Source of the DNA: an uncultured Pelagibacteraceae bacterium
Lineage (GTDB): Bacteria > Pseudomonadota > Alphaproteobacteria > Pelagibacterales > AG-422-B15
NCBI GenBank assembly: GCA_902619105.1
Contig: CACNCV010000003.1
Location: 180,311-244,310 of the forward strand
Direction: 5' to 3'
Length of the DNA stretch: 64,000 bases
The notes beneath the pieces are model-generated. The model was not told where the DNA came from and searched no databases. It was given only the letters and a program-made list of their open reading frames with translations. A program made the position numbers and the translations under genes. Every line of letters starts with the position of its first letter. Positions within the stretch are counted from its first letter, which is position 1. Positions 19,580 to 28,875 of this stretch are shown here, one piece after another.

Positions 19580-20455
19580 ATGTTTAACAAATTATCAAAT
19601 ACACAAAAGGGAACCTTACTTGCATTTATTGGAGTAATGATTGTAACTCCAGACTCATTAATTATTAAACTCGTATCAATTGATACATGGAACCTTTTAT
19701 TTTATAGATCTCTGTTTCCTGGAACTGCATTATTAATTGGCTATTTTGTTTTCTTCAGTTCTAGAGCTGTACCGGATTTTATGAGTATCGGAAAACCAGG
19801 GCTATTAAATGCAGTCTTTATAATGGGATCTAACATTACATTTATTTTAGCTTTAGCGAATACAGATGTCGCAAACGCTTTGATAATGATTAGTCTTGTA
19901 CCGATAATTGCGTCAATATTTTCATTTATTTTTCTAAATGAAAAACCTCAATTGATCACTTGGATTTGCTCTCTTGGTTGTTTGATTGCTGTGCTTTATA
20001 TTTTCTATGAGTCATACGAGCTTAATCGATATCTCGGTGATTTTTATGGACTCTTATGTGCTACTTTTGTTGGAGCAAGCTTAACCGTAATGAGAAGTTC
20101 ACCAGATATCAATTTTGTACCGTCATATATATTAGGAAAGCTTTTAACAGCTTGCGTAGCAGTATTCTTTGTTAATAGTTTCATAATTAATTCAATTGAT
20201 TTAATACTTTTATCATTAATGATCATAACTGTTGGGGTGTCTTTTGTATTTATAAGTATTGCGCCACAATTTATTAGTTCTCCTGAAGTAGGAATTTTCT
20301 TTTTACTCGAGACCGCCTTAGGTCCTTTATGGGTATGGTTTTTTATCAGTGAGGCACCAACTGAAAAAACCTTGATTGGTGGTATTTTTATTATAATTAT
20401 TATATTTATTCACTCATACTATATGATTAGAAAAGAACGCTCAGAACGGATATGA
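19580..20455 (+). CDS. DMT superfamily (EamA-type) transporter
   Basis: About 10 TM helices in two halves, 291 aa. Confidence 0.75.
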   Translation: MFNKLSNTQKGTLLAFIGVMIVTPDSLIIKLVSIDTWNLLFYRSLFPGTALLIGYFVFFSSRAVPDFMSIGKPGLLNAVFIMGSNITFILALANTDVANALIMISLVPIIASIFSFIFLNEKPQLITWICSLGCLIAVLYIFYESYELNRYLGDFYGLLCATFVGASLTVMRSSPDINFVPSYILGKLLTACVAVFFVNSFIINSIDLILLSLMIITVGVSFVFISIAPQFISSPEVGIFFLLETALGPLWVWFFISEAPTEKTLIGGIFIIIIIFIHSYYMIRKERSERI

Positions 20456-21516
20456 TAAAAAAATTCTCAATTTTATCTTTGTTACTTCTTATCTCTTGCG
20501 CCCAACCGCAAACACAGCTTCCAGATTACAGTACAACAATAACTGAAAAAGAAAGAGATATACAAAACCAAATGTTCGCTGATTCATGGCTTGATACGTA
20601 TTTACCATTTTCAACTATGGGCACAGATATATTGTTCAGCGCTTCAGATTTATGTGCTGAAGATGATCGAATTTTTGCACTGGGCATGAATCTTGCAAAT
20701 GAGTATTCAGCATATGAAAGTATCAGAAAAGAAATAAATAAAAGTCTTGCATTAGGATCAAAATTAAAAGTTGTGAGTTTAGGCACTAACTCGCCTGCAA
20801 GTAAAGCGGGTATTTTAGTTGGTGATGAGATTTTGGAAATAGACGGTGAAAGCTTAATTCAGGGAGAAGATGCATTTAAATCTTATATTGAAAAGATTGA
20901 TAAAGAATACCAAAAATTATATGAATTTAAGATTCTTAGAGAGGGCGAATTTAAAAACATAAAAATCAGAAGCGAACAAAGATGCCGTTTTAATTTTGTC
21001 ATTGATCTTGATAACAATACTTTCAATGCGTTTGCAAATGGCGAGATCATGGTTTTTTCACTCAGGATGGCAAAGTGGTTAATACAAAATGAAACCGGTG
21101 CAGCAATTGTTTTCGCGCATGAACTAGGTCATAATGCCAATAAGCACGTTGCAGATAAAATTCAAAATGCAAACACAGGTGCTTTGCTTGGCTTATTAGT
21201 TGGAATATATGTTGGTCTGCCACAAGACATGATGGAAATGGGTCAAAGCATTGGCGCCACTGCTTATTCAATTGAATATGAGAATGAGGCTGATTATCTT
21301 AGCATGTATATTTTAGCAAAAGCGGGTTATAACTTAGATGATGCTGTAAATTTTTGGAGAAGATTTGCCGTAGAAGTTCCTAATTCAATTTACTCAACTG
21401 GAGGAACTCATCCATCAACTGCAGAAAGATATGTAAGAATGGAGTCAACAATAAAAGAAATTAAAGATAAAATAAGTAAAAGTGAAAAACTTGTGCCATC
21501 TTATAAAAAAGAATAA
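20452..21516 (+). CDS. M48-family zinc metallopeptidase lipoprotein with PDZ domain
   Basis: Lipobox LLLISC, PDZ-like GSKLKVVSLGTNSPASKAGILVGDEILEIDG, zinc motif HELGHN plus downstream ENEADY. Confidence 0.8.
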   Translation: MIKKFSILSLLLLISCAQPQTQLPDYSTTITEKERDIQNQMFADSWLDTYLPFSTMGTDILFSASDLCAEDDRIFALGMNLANEYSAYESIRKEINKSLALGSKLKVVSLGTNSPASKAGILVGDEILEIDGESLIQGEDAFKSYIEKIDKEYQKLYEFKILREGEFKNIKIRSEQRCRFNFVIDLDNNTFNAFANGEIMVFSLRMAKWLIQNETGAAIVFAHELGHNANKHVADKIQNANTGALLGLLVGIYVGLPQDMMEMGQSIGATAYSIEYENEADYLSMYILAKAGYNLDDAVNFWRRFAVEVPNSIYSTGGTHPSTAERYVRMESTIKEIKDKISKSEKLVPSYKKE

Positions 21517-21604
21517 AAATGAACTTAATTAACGGTGTAATAATAGTAATAGTAATCTTAGTGATCTTTTCTTTGGGTCTAAGCCTCTCTCTTGAGTTTT
21601 TATT

Positions 21605-22060
21605 TTAAGAAATTCTAAATTTCTTTTTAATTTTCTTTCGTTCTCTTACTTTGCTTAGCGGTTGATAAGCTTGTTTATGATGAGCTTGGCAGTAGACGAA
21701 TCCCTCATTAGTATTTCTTCCACAGAACTTAAAATCTATTTCCTCTGGTTCTCCAAGTGGCCATCTACATAAGCCATCCTTAATATCTTGAAATGATGTT
21801 GGATTCATCGGCTCATCAATAACAGGTGAGATATCAATTATTTTATGACTTCTTGACACATTTATTCTTTTTTTTCGTATTATAGATATCCCATTGCTCT
21901 TGCTTTTTGAGGCCATCCTGCCTGAAAGACCTAATCTGTGTGCTTTACCAATCACCGCATTTCTAGTGACTTCACCTAACTCCACTGCAATTCTGCTAGC
22001 TGTTAGACCTTCATCCCAAAGCTGTTTAAGCTTTTCAATTCTTTCATATGTCCAGGGCAT
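21605..22060 (-). CDS. gcrA: Cell-cycle transcriptional regulator GcrA
   Basis: MPWTYERIEKLKQLWDEGLTASRIAVELG matches the GcrA N-terminus. ATG at 22060 is preceded by AGGAG 5 nt upstream. C-terminal CRWPLGEP...FCG motif. Confidence 0.85.
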   Translation of the reverse strand: MPWTYERIEKLKQLWDEGLTASRIAVELGEVTRNAVIGKAHRLGLSGRMASKSKSNGISIIRKKRINVSRSHKIIDISPVIDEPMNPTSFQDIKDGLCRWPLGEPEEIDFKFCGRNTNEGFVYCQAHHKQAYQPLSKVRERKKIKKKFRIS

Positions 22061-22248
22061 AATTTCTCCTTTATAGATGGTAAATGTTACCACTACATTT
22101 TGATAAAATTCAATATAAATATACTAAATGTTGATATTATTGCTCAATCTGTGAGTATAAAAATTTATCTATAAATATCAGTTGAATAGAATATTTACTG
22201 AAATCTAAATATTAATGACATTTTAAGAAATTTAATTAAACAGACGCT

Positions 22249-23016
22249 ATGCATTATAATCCTATAAGTATTATTACTTTATACAAAAAAGAAGTACAAA
22301 GATTTACTAAAATCCCACTCCAGACAATTGTTGCACCTGCAGCAACTAGTTTGCTTTTTATGGTAATCTTTACCACAGCGATTGGTTCTGTAAGAACAAA
22401 TTATCCACTTGATAGCTTCAAAAGTTTTCTATTCCCAGGCTTGATAATGATGACCATTATTCAAAATGCCTTTATGAATAATTCTTCTTCCATCTTGATG
22501 TCTAAAGTGCAGGGCAATATTGTTGATCTCTTGATGCCGCCGCTTAATAATATTGAAATAATTTTAGCTTTTACTTTAGCTGGAATTACCAGGGGGCTAG
22601 TTGTTGCGGTTGCTTGCGCTCTCATGATGTACCCTTTCGCTGATGTTAGTATTTATAATATCTATATAATTCTTATTTTTGCTATAATAGCTTCAGCAAT
22701 CATGTCTTTAATTGGAACCATCTCAGGCATATGGGCTGAAAAATGGGATCATCTTGGAACGGTGGGCAACTTTGTAATTGTTCCTTTGTCTTTTCTTTCT
22801 GGTACATTCTATTCGATAACTGTGTTACCAGGACCCATTCAAACAGCAAGTTTAATAAATCCTTTTTTTTATATGATTGATGGTTTTCGATATGGCTTTT
22901 TAGGTGTAAGTGATTCTTCGTACCTTACAGCTATTTTTATATTATTAGTAATTTTTATATCTCTTATCACAATAAATTATTTGATGTTAAAATCAGGTTA
23001 CAAATTGAGACCATAA
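22249..23016 (+). CDS. ABC-2 type transporter permease (YadH-like), no adjacent ATPase
   Basis: 255 aa, 6 TM helices, N-terminal LYKKEVQRFTKIPLQTIVAP typical of ABC-2 permeases. Confidence 0.75.
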   Translation: MHYNPISIITLYKKEVQRFTKIPLQTIVAPAATSLLFMVIFTTAIGSVRTNYPLDSFKSFLFPGLIMMTIIQNAFMNNSSSILMSKVQGNIVDLLMPPLNNIEIILAFTLAGITRGLVVAVACALMMYPFADVSIYNIYIILIFAIIASAIMSLIGTISGIWAEKWDHLGTVGNFVIVPLSFLSGTFYSITVLPGPIQTASLINPFFYMIDGFRYGFLGVSDSSYLTAIFILLVIFISLITINYLMLKSGYKLRP

Positions 23017-23017
23017 A

Positions 23018-24184
23018 ATGACCAATGTTCTCCCAACATACCCAAGATCAAACTTAGAATTTACACATGGAGTTGGTAGCTATTTGTATACAAAATCAGG
23101 AGAGAAGTTTTTAGATTTTGGTACAGGAATAGCGGTTAATTCCCTGGGTTATTCGAATCCGTATCTAAACGATAAATTAAAAGAACAAATTGATAAATTA
23201 TGGCATTTATCAAATGTATATCAAATACCAGAACAAGAAAAACTCGCACAAAGATTATGTGATAATTCTTTTGCTGATTATGCATTCTTTTGTAATTCAG
23301 GCACTGAAGCTATTGAGGCAAGCATAAAAATTGCTAGAAGATATTTTCATAGTTCAGAAAATTTGTCGCATAAAACAGAAATCTTAAGTTTTTCAGGTTC
23401 ATTTCATGGCAGAACAATAGGGGCGCTTGCAGCGGGAGGTCCAGATAAACTCAGCTCTTTTAATACCACAGTAAATGATTTCAAATTTCTTGAGTTTGGT
23501 GATCATGAGCAGCTTCAGAACTCAATAAGTGAAAAAACTGCTGCAGTAATTATTGAACCAATACAAGGTGAGGGCGGTATAAGGGAAGTTCCTAGGCAAT
23601 GCCTTGAGGGATTAAGGAAAGTTTGTGATGAAAATAACTGCCTTTTAATCTTTGATGAAGTGCAATGCGGTATGGGTAGAACAGGAAAATTATTTGCATA
23701 TGAATGGTCTGAAGTAAATCCAGATATTATGACAATAGCAAAAGCTATTGGAAATGGGTTTCCATTAGGTGCATGCCTGACATCAAAAAAAGTTGGTGAA
23801 AAAATGGACTTTGGTTCCCATGGTTCAACTTTCGGAGGAAATCCACTTGCTTGTACAGTCGGAAATGCTGTTTTGGATATAATGCTAAAAGACAAATTTT
23901 TTAGTGAAATTAATGTTGTCGCAAAAAAACTCTATGAAGGACTTCAAAACGTGATTACGGATTTTCCAAGTGTTATTGAAAATATCAGAGGAAGAGGATT
24001 TATATTAGGGCTAAAGTGTAAAGTTGAAAATGATAAGTTTGTTAATCTAGCAAGAGAAAAATATATTCTAACCGTAAAAGCGTCAGACAATGTAGTAAGA
24101 CTTTTGCCTCCAATAAATCTTACCTTAACTGAATGCGATGAAGCATTAGATAAAATAAGAGCTACTTGTAGCGAGTTAAAATAA
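23018..24184 (+). CDS. argD: Acetylornithine aminotransferase (class III PLP)
   Basis: FFCNSGTEAIE, SFHGRT, DEVQCGMGRTG and TIAKAIGNG (PLP Lys) motifs. Followed by argF. Confidence 0.85.
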   Translation: MTNVLPTYPRSNLEFTHGVGSYLYTKSGEKFLDFGTGIAVNSLGYSNPYLNDKLKEQIDKLWHLSNVYQIPEQEKLAQRLCDNSFADYAFFCNSGTEAIEASIKIARRYFHSSENLSHKTEILSFSGSFHGRTIGALAAGGPDKLSSFNTTVNDFKFLEFGDHEQLQNSISEKTAAVIIEPIQGEGGIREVPRQCLEGLRKVCDENNCLLIFDEVQCGMGRTGKLFAYEWSEVNPDIMTIAKAIGNGFPLGACLTSKKVGEKMDFGSHGSTFGGNPLACTVGNAVLDIMLKDKFFSEINVVAKKLYEGLQNVITDFPSVIENIRGRGFILGLKCKVENDKFVNLAREKYILTVKASDNVVRLLPPINLTLTECDEALDKIRATCSELK

Positions 24185-25092
24185 TGAAAAATTTTATAGA
24201 TATAAAAGATCTCTCAAAGAGTGAATTAACTAGCTTATTAGATAATGCCTTACAAAATAAGAGGTCTAAAACAACAATTCAAAATCATCTGAACGGTAAA
24301 AATCTAGTACTGTTTTTTGAAAAAAAATCGACGAGAACAAGGCTGTCATTTGATATTGCAATAAAACAATTAGGTGGCTTCACTACAATTTTAAATAAGG
24401 AAGATATTCACCTAGGTAACGATAAAGAAAGCGTAAGTGATACTATTAATACTTTTGGGCTATATGCCGATGGACTTATTCTTAGGGTTAACGATCATAA
24501 AACGATAATGAGTGCTTCGAAATTATCTAATTTACCTGTTATAAATGCACTTTCTAACCTATCACATCCTTGCCAGTGCTTGGCTGGACTGATGACGTTA
24601 TTGGAGGAGAGGGGTAGTTTACAAAAATTGAATATTGTGTGGATGGGACCTATAACAAATGTGGCAAATTCTTGGATTGAGGCTTTTAAAAAAGATTTAG
24701 GTTTCTCACTCAATATTTTTTGCCCAGAGGCATGGTTTGAAAAGTATAAAGAAAAAATGAAGGAATACGATATTTCAACTGATATAAACGATATTGTATA
24801 TCATCGAATAAATGATCAAATTCTTGCTCAAGCTGACGCTGTGATGACGGATACCTGGAAATCAATGGGAGAGAATATAAAGAAACTGGATTATGATTTA
24901 ATAAAAGAATTCAGAGTTACCGAAAAAGTTATGAACAAGGCTAAATCGGATAGTATTTTTATGCACTGTCTTCCTGCAAACAGAAATGAGGAAGTTGAGA
25001 CAAGAGTAATAGATGGAAATAATTCAAGGGTTTGGCAAGAAGCGAGCAATAGACTTTTTGTTCAAAAAGAAATTTTAAAAGAAATATTTTGA
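24184..25092 (+). CDS. argF: Ornithine carbamoyltransferase
   Basis: STRTR carbamoyl-phosphate motif, DTWKSMG and HCLPA ornithine-site motifs. Confidence 0.9.
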   Translation: MKNFIDIKDLSKSELTSLLDNALQNKRSKTTIQNHLNGKNLVLFFEKKSTRTRLSFDIAIKQLGGFTTILNKEDIHLGNDKESVSDTINTFGLYADGLILRVNDHKTIMSASKLSNLPVINALSNLSHPCQCLAGLMTLLEERGSLQKLNIVWMGPITNVANSWIEAFKKDLGFSLNIFCPEAWFEKYKEKMKEYDISTDINDIVYHRINDQILAQADAVMTDTWKSMGENIKKLDYDLIKEFRVTEKVMNKAKSDSIFMHCLPANRNEEVETRVIDGNNSRVWQEASNRLFVQKEILKEIF

Positions 25093-26544
25093 TTATTTCT
25101 TCCAAAAAGCAGGGTGAAAGATAACTAATACAGTTAATATTTCTAATCTCCCCAACAACATTGAGAATATAAGTATCCACTTCGCAGGATCAGATACGGC
25201 ATAAAAAGAATTTTCTGGACCTATTGTGGCTCCAAGTCCTGGCCCAACATTGGCAAGAGAAGTTGCAGCTGCTGATAATGAAGTTACAAAGTCCAGCTCA
25301 GTCATTGATAAAAGTAAAGTAATAGTGATGAAACTAAGTATGAATATAAAAAAGAAACTCATGACTGAAGATGTTACCTCATCCTGAATCTTTCTATGAT
25401 TATAGTGTGGAACAAATACACCGTGAGGATGTAAGAGCTTTTGAATCTGCATTTTTAAAGTTTCAAATAATATCTGAAATCTAAATACTTTGATTCCACA
25501 AGTTGTCGAACCAGCACACCCGCCAACAAACATTCCAAAAAAAAGTAAGTAAATTGGAAATGGTCCCCACAAATTATAATTATCTGAAGTATAGCCTGTA
25601 CCAGTTATAATTGAGACAACGTTAAATGTGCCATGCCTTAAAGACTGTTCAAAATTTTTAAGATCAAATATCCATAAGTAGGAAATTACCAATAAAGAGC
25701 TTACAAGAATTATGATTAAAAAAGTTTTTATTTGGGTATCTCTAAATAAACTTTTGATGCCATTACGTGTAACCTCAAGATATATTAAAATTGGAAGGCT
25801 ACTTAATATCATAAATAAAATTGCAATATATTCTGTTGATCGATTATTAAAGCTAGCGAAGGAGTCATTTCTTGTTGAAAAACCGCCAGTAGCTATCGTT
25901 GTCATTGAATGAACTAAAGACTCGAAAAGTCTCATACCGCTTAACCAGTAAGATATGAAACAAAGAGCTGTTAATGAAATGTATATTACGATTACTGCAA
26001 AAGAGACCTGAGCAGTTCTTGGTAAGATCTTTTCTGTTGTATCTGATGATTCTGTTCTGAAGATCTGCATGCCTCCGACTTGCAATACAGGAAGTATACT
26101 AATAGCCATTACTATTATGCCAACTCCTCCAATCCACTGAAGAAGTCCTCTCCAAAGTAGTATACCTTCAGGCATAGACTTAATATTGCTCAAAATTGTT
26201 GATCCTGTTGTAGTAATGCCTGACATGGACTCAAAAATTGAGTCTGTGAAACTAATATTAAGGTTTGCCAAAAAGAAAGGGAGGGAACCAAAAATACAAA
26301 TAAAAACCCAAGATAATGTAGTAATTAAAAATGCATCTTGGGTCTGAATTTTATTTTCTGCAGAATTTCTTGTTGAAATAAAAAAGGTAATACCAAATCC
26401 CAGAGTAATTATTGAACTTATTATAAATGATTGCCATGTTTCGTTGCTAAATGCTAAGTCCAGAAATGCAGGTATTAATAATATAAAACTTAACGCAATC
26501 AACAAATAACCTAATACATTAAGTATTATTTTAAAATTTATCAT
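25093..26544 (-). CDS. trkH: Trk-type potassium uptake protein TrkH
   Basis: 483-aa polytopic protein with repeated pore-loop motifs (TTTGS, ATGGF, GTGYT, CAGSTTCG). Confidence 0.9.
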   Translation of the reverse strand: MINFKIILNVLGYLLIALSFILLIPAFLDLAFSNETWQSFIISSIITLGFGITFFISTRNSAENKIQTQDAFLITTLSWVFICIFGSLPFFLANLNISFTDSIFESMSGITTTGSTILSNIKSMPEGILLWRGLLQWIGGVGIIVMAISILPVLQVGGMQIFRTESSDTTEKILPRTAQVSFAVIVIYISLTALCFISYWLSGMRLFESLVHSMTTIATGGFSTRNDSFASFNNRSTEYIAILFMILSSLPILIYLEVTRNGIKSLFRDTQIKTFLIIILVSSLLVISYLWIFDLKNFEQSLRHGTFNVVSIITGTGYTSDNYNLWGPFPIYLLFFGMFVGGCAGSTTCGIKVFRFQILFETLKMQIQKLLHPHGVFVPHYNHRKIQDEVTSSVMSFFFIFILSFITITLLLSMTELDFVTSLSAAATSLANVGPGLGATIGPENSFYAVSDPAKWILIFSMLLGRLEILTVLVIFHPAFWKK

Positions 26545-26554
26545 TCTTATGATT

Positions 26555-27160
26555 TTAATTTTTTTTGAGAATTGATCCTTGGTTGATCATGCTGTAGAAC
26601 TCTCTTCTTGTAGATGCATCAGTTCTAAACTTACCTAATAATTGACTAGTAACCATTGAAATACCTGGTGTGCCAACACCTCGTGTAGTCATACATTGGT
26701 GTTGCGCCTCAATAACCACGGCAACACCTTTTGGTTTTAAGGCTTTTTGTATGCAATTTGCAATTTGTGCAGTGAGCTTTTCTTGGATCTGCATTCTTTT
26801 CATATATATCCTAGTAATTCGAGCAAGTTTACTAATACCAACTACTCTTTTATTTGGAAGGTATGCAACATGTGCTGAGCCAATGAATGGTGCAATGTGG
26901 TGTTCGCAGTGAGACTCAATTCTAATGTCTCTGAGCATAATTATTTCGTCATATCCCTCAAGTTCATCGAAAGTTTTTTTTAATAATTCCTCTGGATCTT
27001 CATTATAACCTGCAAACCAGTCCTCGTATGCTTTAACGACTCTTTTTGGTGTTTCAAGCACTCCTGGTCGTTTAACATCCTCGCCCACGTATGCCATAAG
27101 AGTTTTAACAGCATCTTCTGCTTGCTGCCTTGTTGGTTTAACTACTTTTCTTTTTTTCAT
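26555..27160 (-). CDS. folE: GTP cyclohydrolase I
   Basis: [11 protein letters not shown] zinc-site motif and [10 protein letters not shown] motif. Confidence 0.95.
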   Translation of the reverse strand: MKKRKVVKPTRQQAEDAVKTLMAYVGEDVKRPGVLETPKRVVKAYEDWFAGYNEDPEELLKKTFDELEGYDEIIMLRDIRIESHCEHHIAPFIGSAHVAYLPNKRVVGISKLARITRIYMKRMQIQEKLTAQIANCIQKALKPKGVAVVIEAQHQCMTTRGVGTPGISMVTSQLLGKFRTDASTRREFYSMINQGSILKKN

Positions 27161-27309
27161 AAATTGCAGAGTGAGTACTATATGAAAAACTATAAAATTT
27201 ATAGTTTTATTATTTGATAGATTTATTAATCAGTAAATTTAAATCAATATTGTCAAAAAATTGTTTATTTTTCAGCGAATTGTACGATATATATGCTAAT
27301 GTCAATATC

Positions 27310-28875
27310 ATGTTACTAAATAGCCAAATTAGTGAAAACTCGAAAGCCTGGCCAATTTTGGAAGCTAGAAAGATCATTAATCAAATCCAAAAAAAAAATA
27401 AGAAAAAAATAAGACTTCAAACAGGCTATGGGCCAAGTGGACTTCCACACATCGGGACTTTCGGAGAAGTCGCTAGGACCACCATGGTGCTAAATGCTAT
27501 AAAAGCTGTATCTGACTATGAAGTTGAATTGATTGCTTTTTCGGATGACATGGATGGATTAAGAAAAGTTCCTGATAATGTTCCTAATCAGGAAATTTTG
27601 GAAAAAAATTTACACAAACCTCTAACCTCGATCCCAGATCCCTTTGAAACATCTAAGAGTTTTGGAAACCATAACAATGAGATGTTACAAGCATTTCTTG
27701 ATAAGTTTGGTTTCAAATATTCTTTTAAGAGCGCGACAGAGCTTTATGAATCAGGCTTCTTCAACGACCAATTAATTAAAGTTTTAAATTCTTATGATGA
27801 GATTAAAAAAATAATATTACCAACATTAGGAGAAGAAAGAAAAAAAACTTACAGTCCTTTTTTGCCAATTTGTCCAGAAACAGGACATGTACTCGAAGTT
27901 GAAATTATTTCAATTAATACTGAAAAAAATACCGTTGTGTATCTTCAGAACAACAAGGAAATTGAACAGTCTATTTTAGATGGTAATTGTAAATTACAAT
28001 GGAAAGTGGACTGGGCAATGAGGTGGTGTGCTTTAGATATTGATTATGAAATGTATGGTAAAGATTTAATACCAACTTTTCAACTTTCATCCAAAGTATG
28101 CCGTGCTTTAGGACATCAACCTCCTGAAAATTATTTCTATGAATTGTTTCTTGATCAGAATGGTGAAAAGATTTCAAAATCAAAGGGAAATGGTTTGAGT
28201 ATTGAAGAATGGCTATCTTATGCTCCCAAGGAAACATTAAGCTACTTTATGTACCAAAATCCAAGAAGAGCAAAAAAACTATTTCTTGATGTGATCCCCA
28301 AATCAGTTGATGAATTTTTGAGTCATCTTAATAAATTTAAGGATCAAAATGATGAGGAAAAAATTGAAAATCCAGTTTGGCATATCATGAATAGTCATAA
28401 TCATATTGGTTCAATACCTATCTCTTTCAATTTAATATTAAATTTAGTTTCAGCTAGTGGAAAGAGTGATCCAGATTTCATTTTAGATTTTATAAAAAAA
28501 TATGATGATTCAGTTATCAATTCTGATCATAATTTTATGTTAGAACTTATAACTGGAGCAATATCATTTGAAAAGAATGTTAATGCCGACAAAATTCAGT
28601 TTAAAGTACCCAGTGAAGAAGAAAAAAGTATTTTTTTAGATTTAATTAATCGAATTGAGCTTTTGCCAGATAATGTTGATGCTGAGACTATACAGACCGA
28701 AATTTATCAAATTGGTAAAGATTATAAGTTTGATAATTTAAGAGACTGGTTCAAACTTATTTATCAGGTTCTTTTTGGCAAAAGTGATGGGCCAAGATTT
28801 GGCACTTTTATTGCTATCTACGGCATAAAAGAAACAATACAACTTATTAGAGAAAGAATAAAAGTGAGCAAGTGA
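27310..28875 (+). CDS. lysK: Lysine--tRNA ligase, class I
   Basis: HIGT (HIGH) and KISKSKGNG (KMSKS) motifs in the class I LysRS arrangement. ATG at 27310 preferred over the TTG at 27214 used by the ORF track. Confidence 0.9.
   Translation: MLLNSQISENSKAWPILEARKIINQIQKKNKKKIRLQTGYGPSGLPHIGTFGEVARTTMVLNAIKAVSDYEVELIAFSDDMDGLRKVPDNVPNQEILEKNLHKPLTSIPDPFETSKSFGNHNNEMLQAFLDKFGFKYSFKSATELYESGFFNDQLIKVLNSYDEIKKIILPTLGEERKKTYSPFLPICPETGHVLEVEIISINTEKNTVVYLQNNKEIEQSILDGNCKLQWKVDWAMRWCALDIDYEMYGKDLIPTFQLSSKVCRALGHQPPENYFYELFLDQNGEKISKSKGNGLSIEEWLSYAPKETLSYFMYQNPRRAKKLFLDVIPKSVDEFLSHLNKFKDQNDEEKIENPVWHIMNSHNHIGSIPISFNLILNLVSASGKSDPDFILDFIKKYDDSVINSDHNFMLELITGAISFEKNVNADKIQFKVPSEEEKSIFLDLINRIELLPDNVDAETIQTEIYQIGKDYKFDNLRDWFKLIYQVLFGKSDGPRFGTFIAIYGIKETIQLIRERIKVSK

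Noticed and set aside
19494-21516. tRNA-Arg as a possible integration site for a genomic island.
   Set aside because: No integrase or recombinase follows it. I could not find a direct repeat of the GC-rich tRNA 3' end downstream. The following genes start 10 nt after the tRNA and look like ordinary transporter and peptidase genes.
22212-22226. Treating the TTAA-N7-TTAA upstream of gcrA as a confident CtrA site.
   Set aside because: TTAA is very frequent in DNA this AT-rich, and my rough estimate gives ten or more chance matches per 64 kb. I kept it only as a low-interest finding, not as a feature.
27214-27309. N-terminal extensions in the ORF track. The listed starts are 27214 (lysK), 48710 (DMT), 60248 (SBP), 59062 (permease), 22093 (gcrA), 2710 (cycM), 18643 (rnpA) and 54477 (GST).
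   Set aside because: They begin at alternative or upstream start codons and add non-conserved residues. Some overlap neighbouring genes or lack a signal peptide. Internal ATGs give canonical N-termini, several with visible SD sequences.
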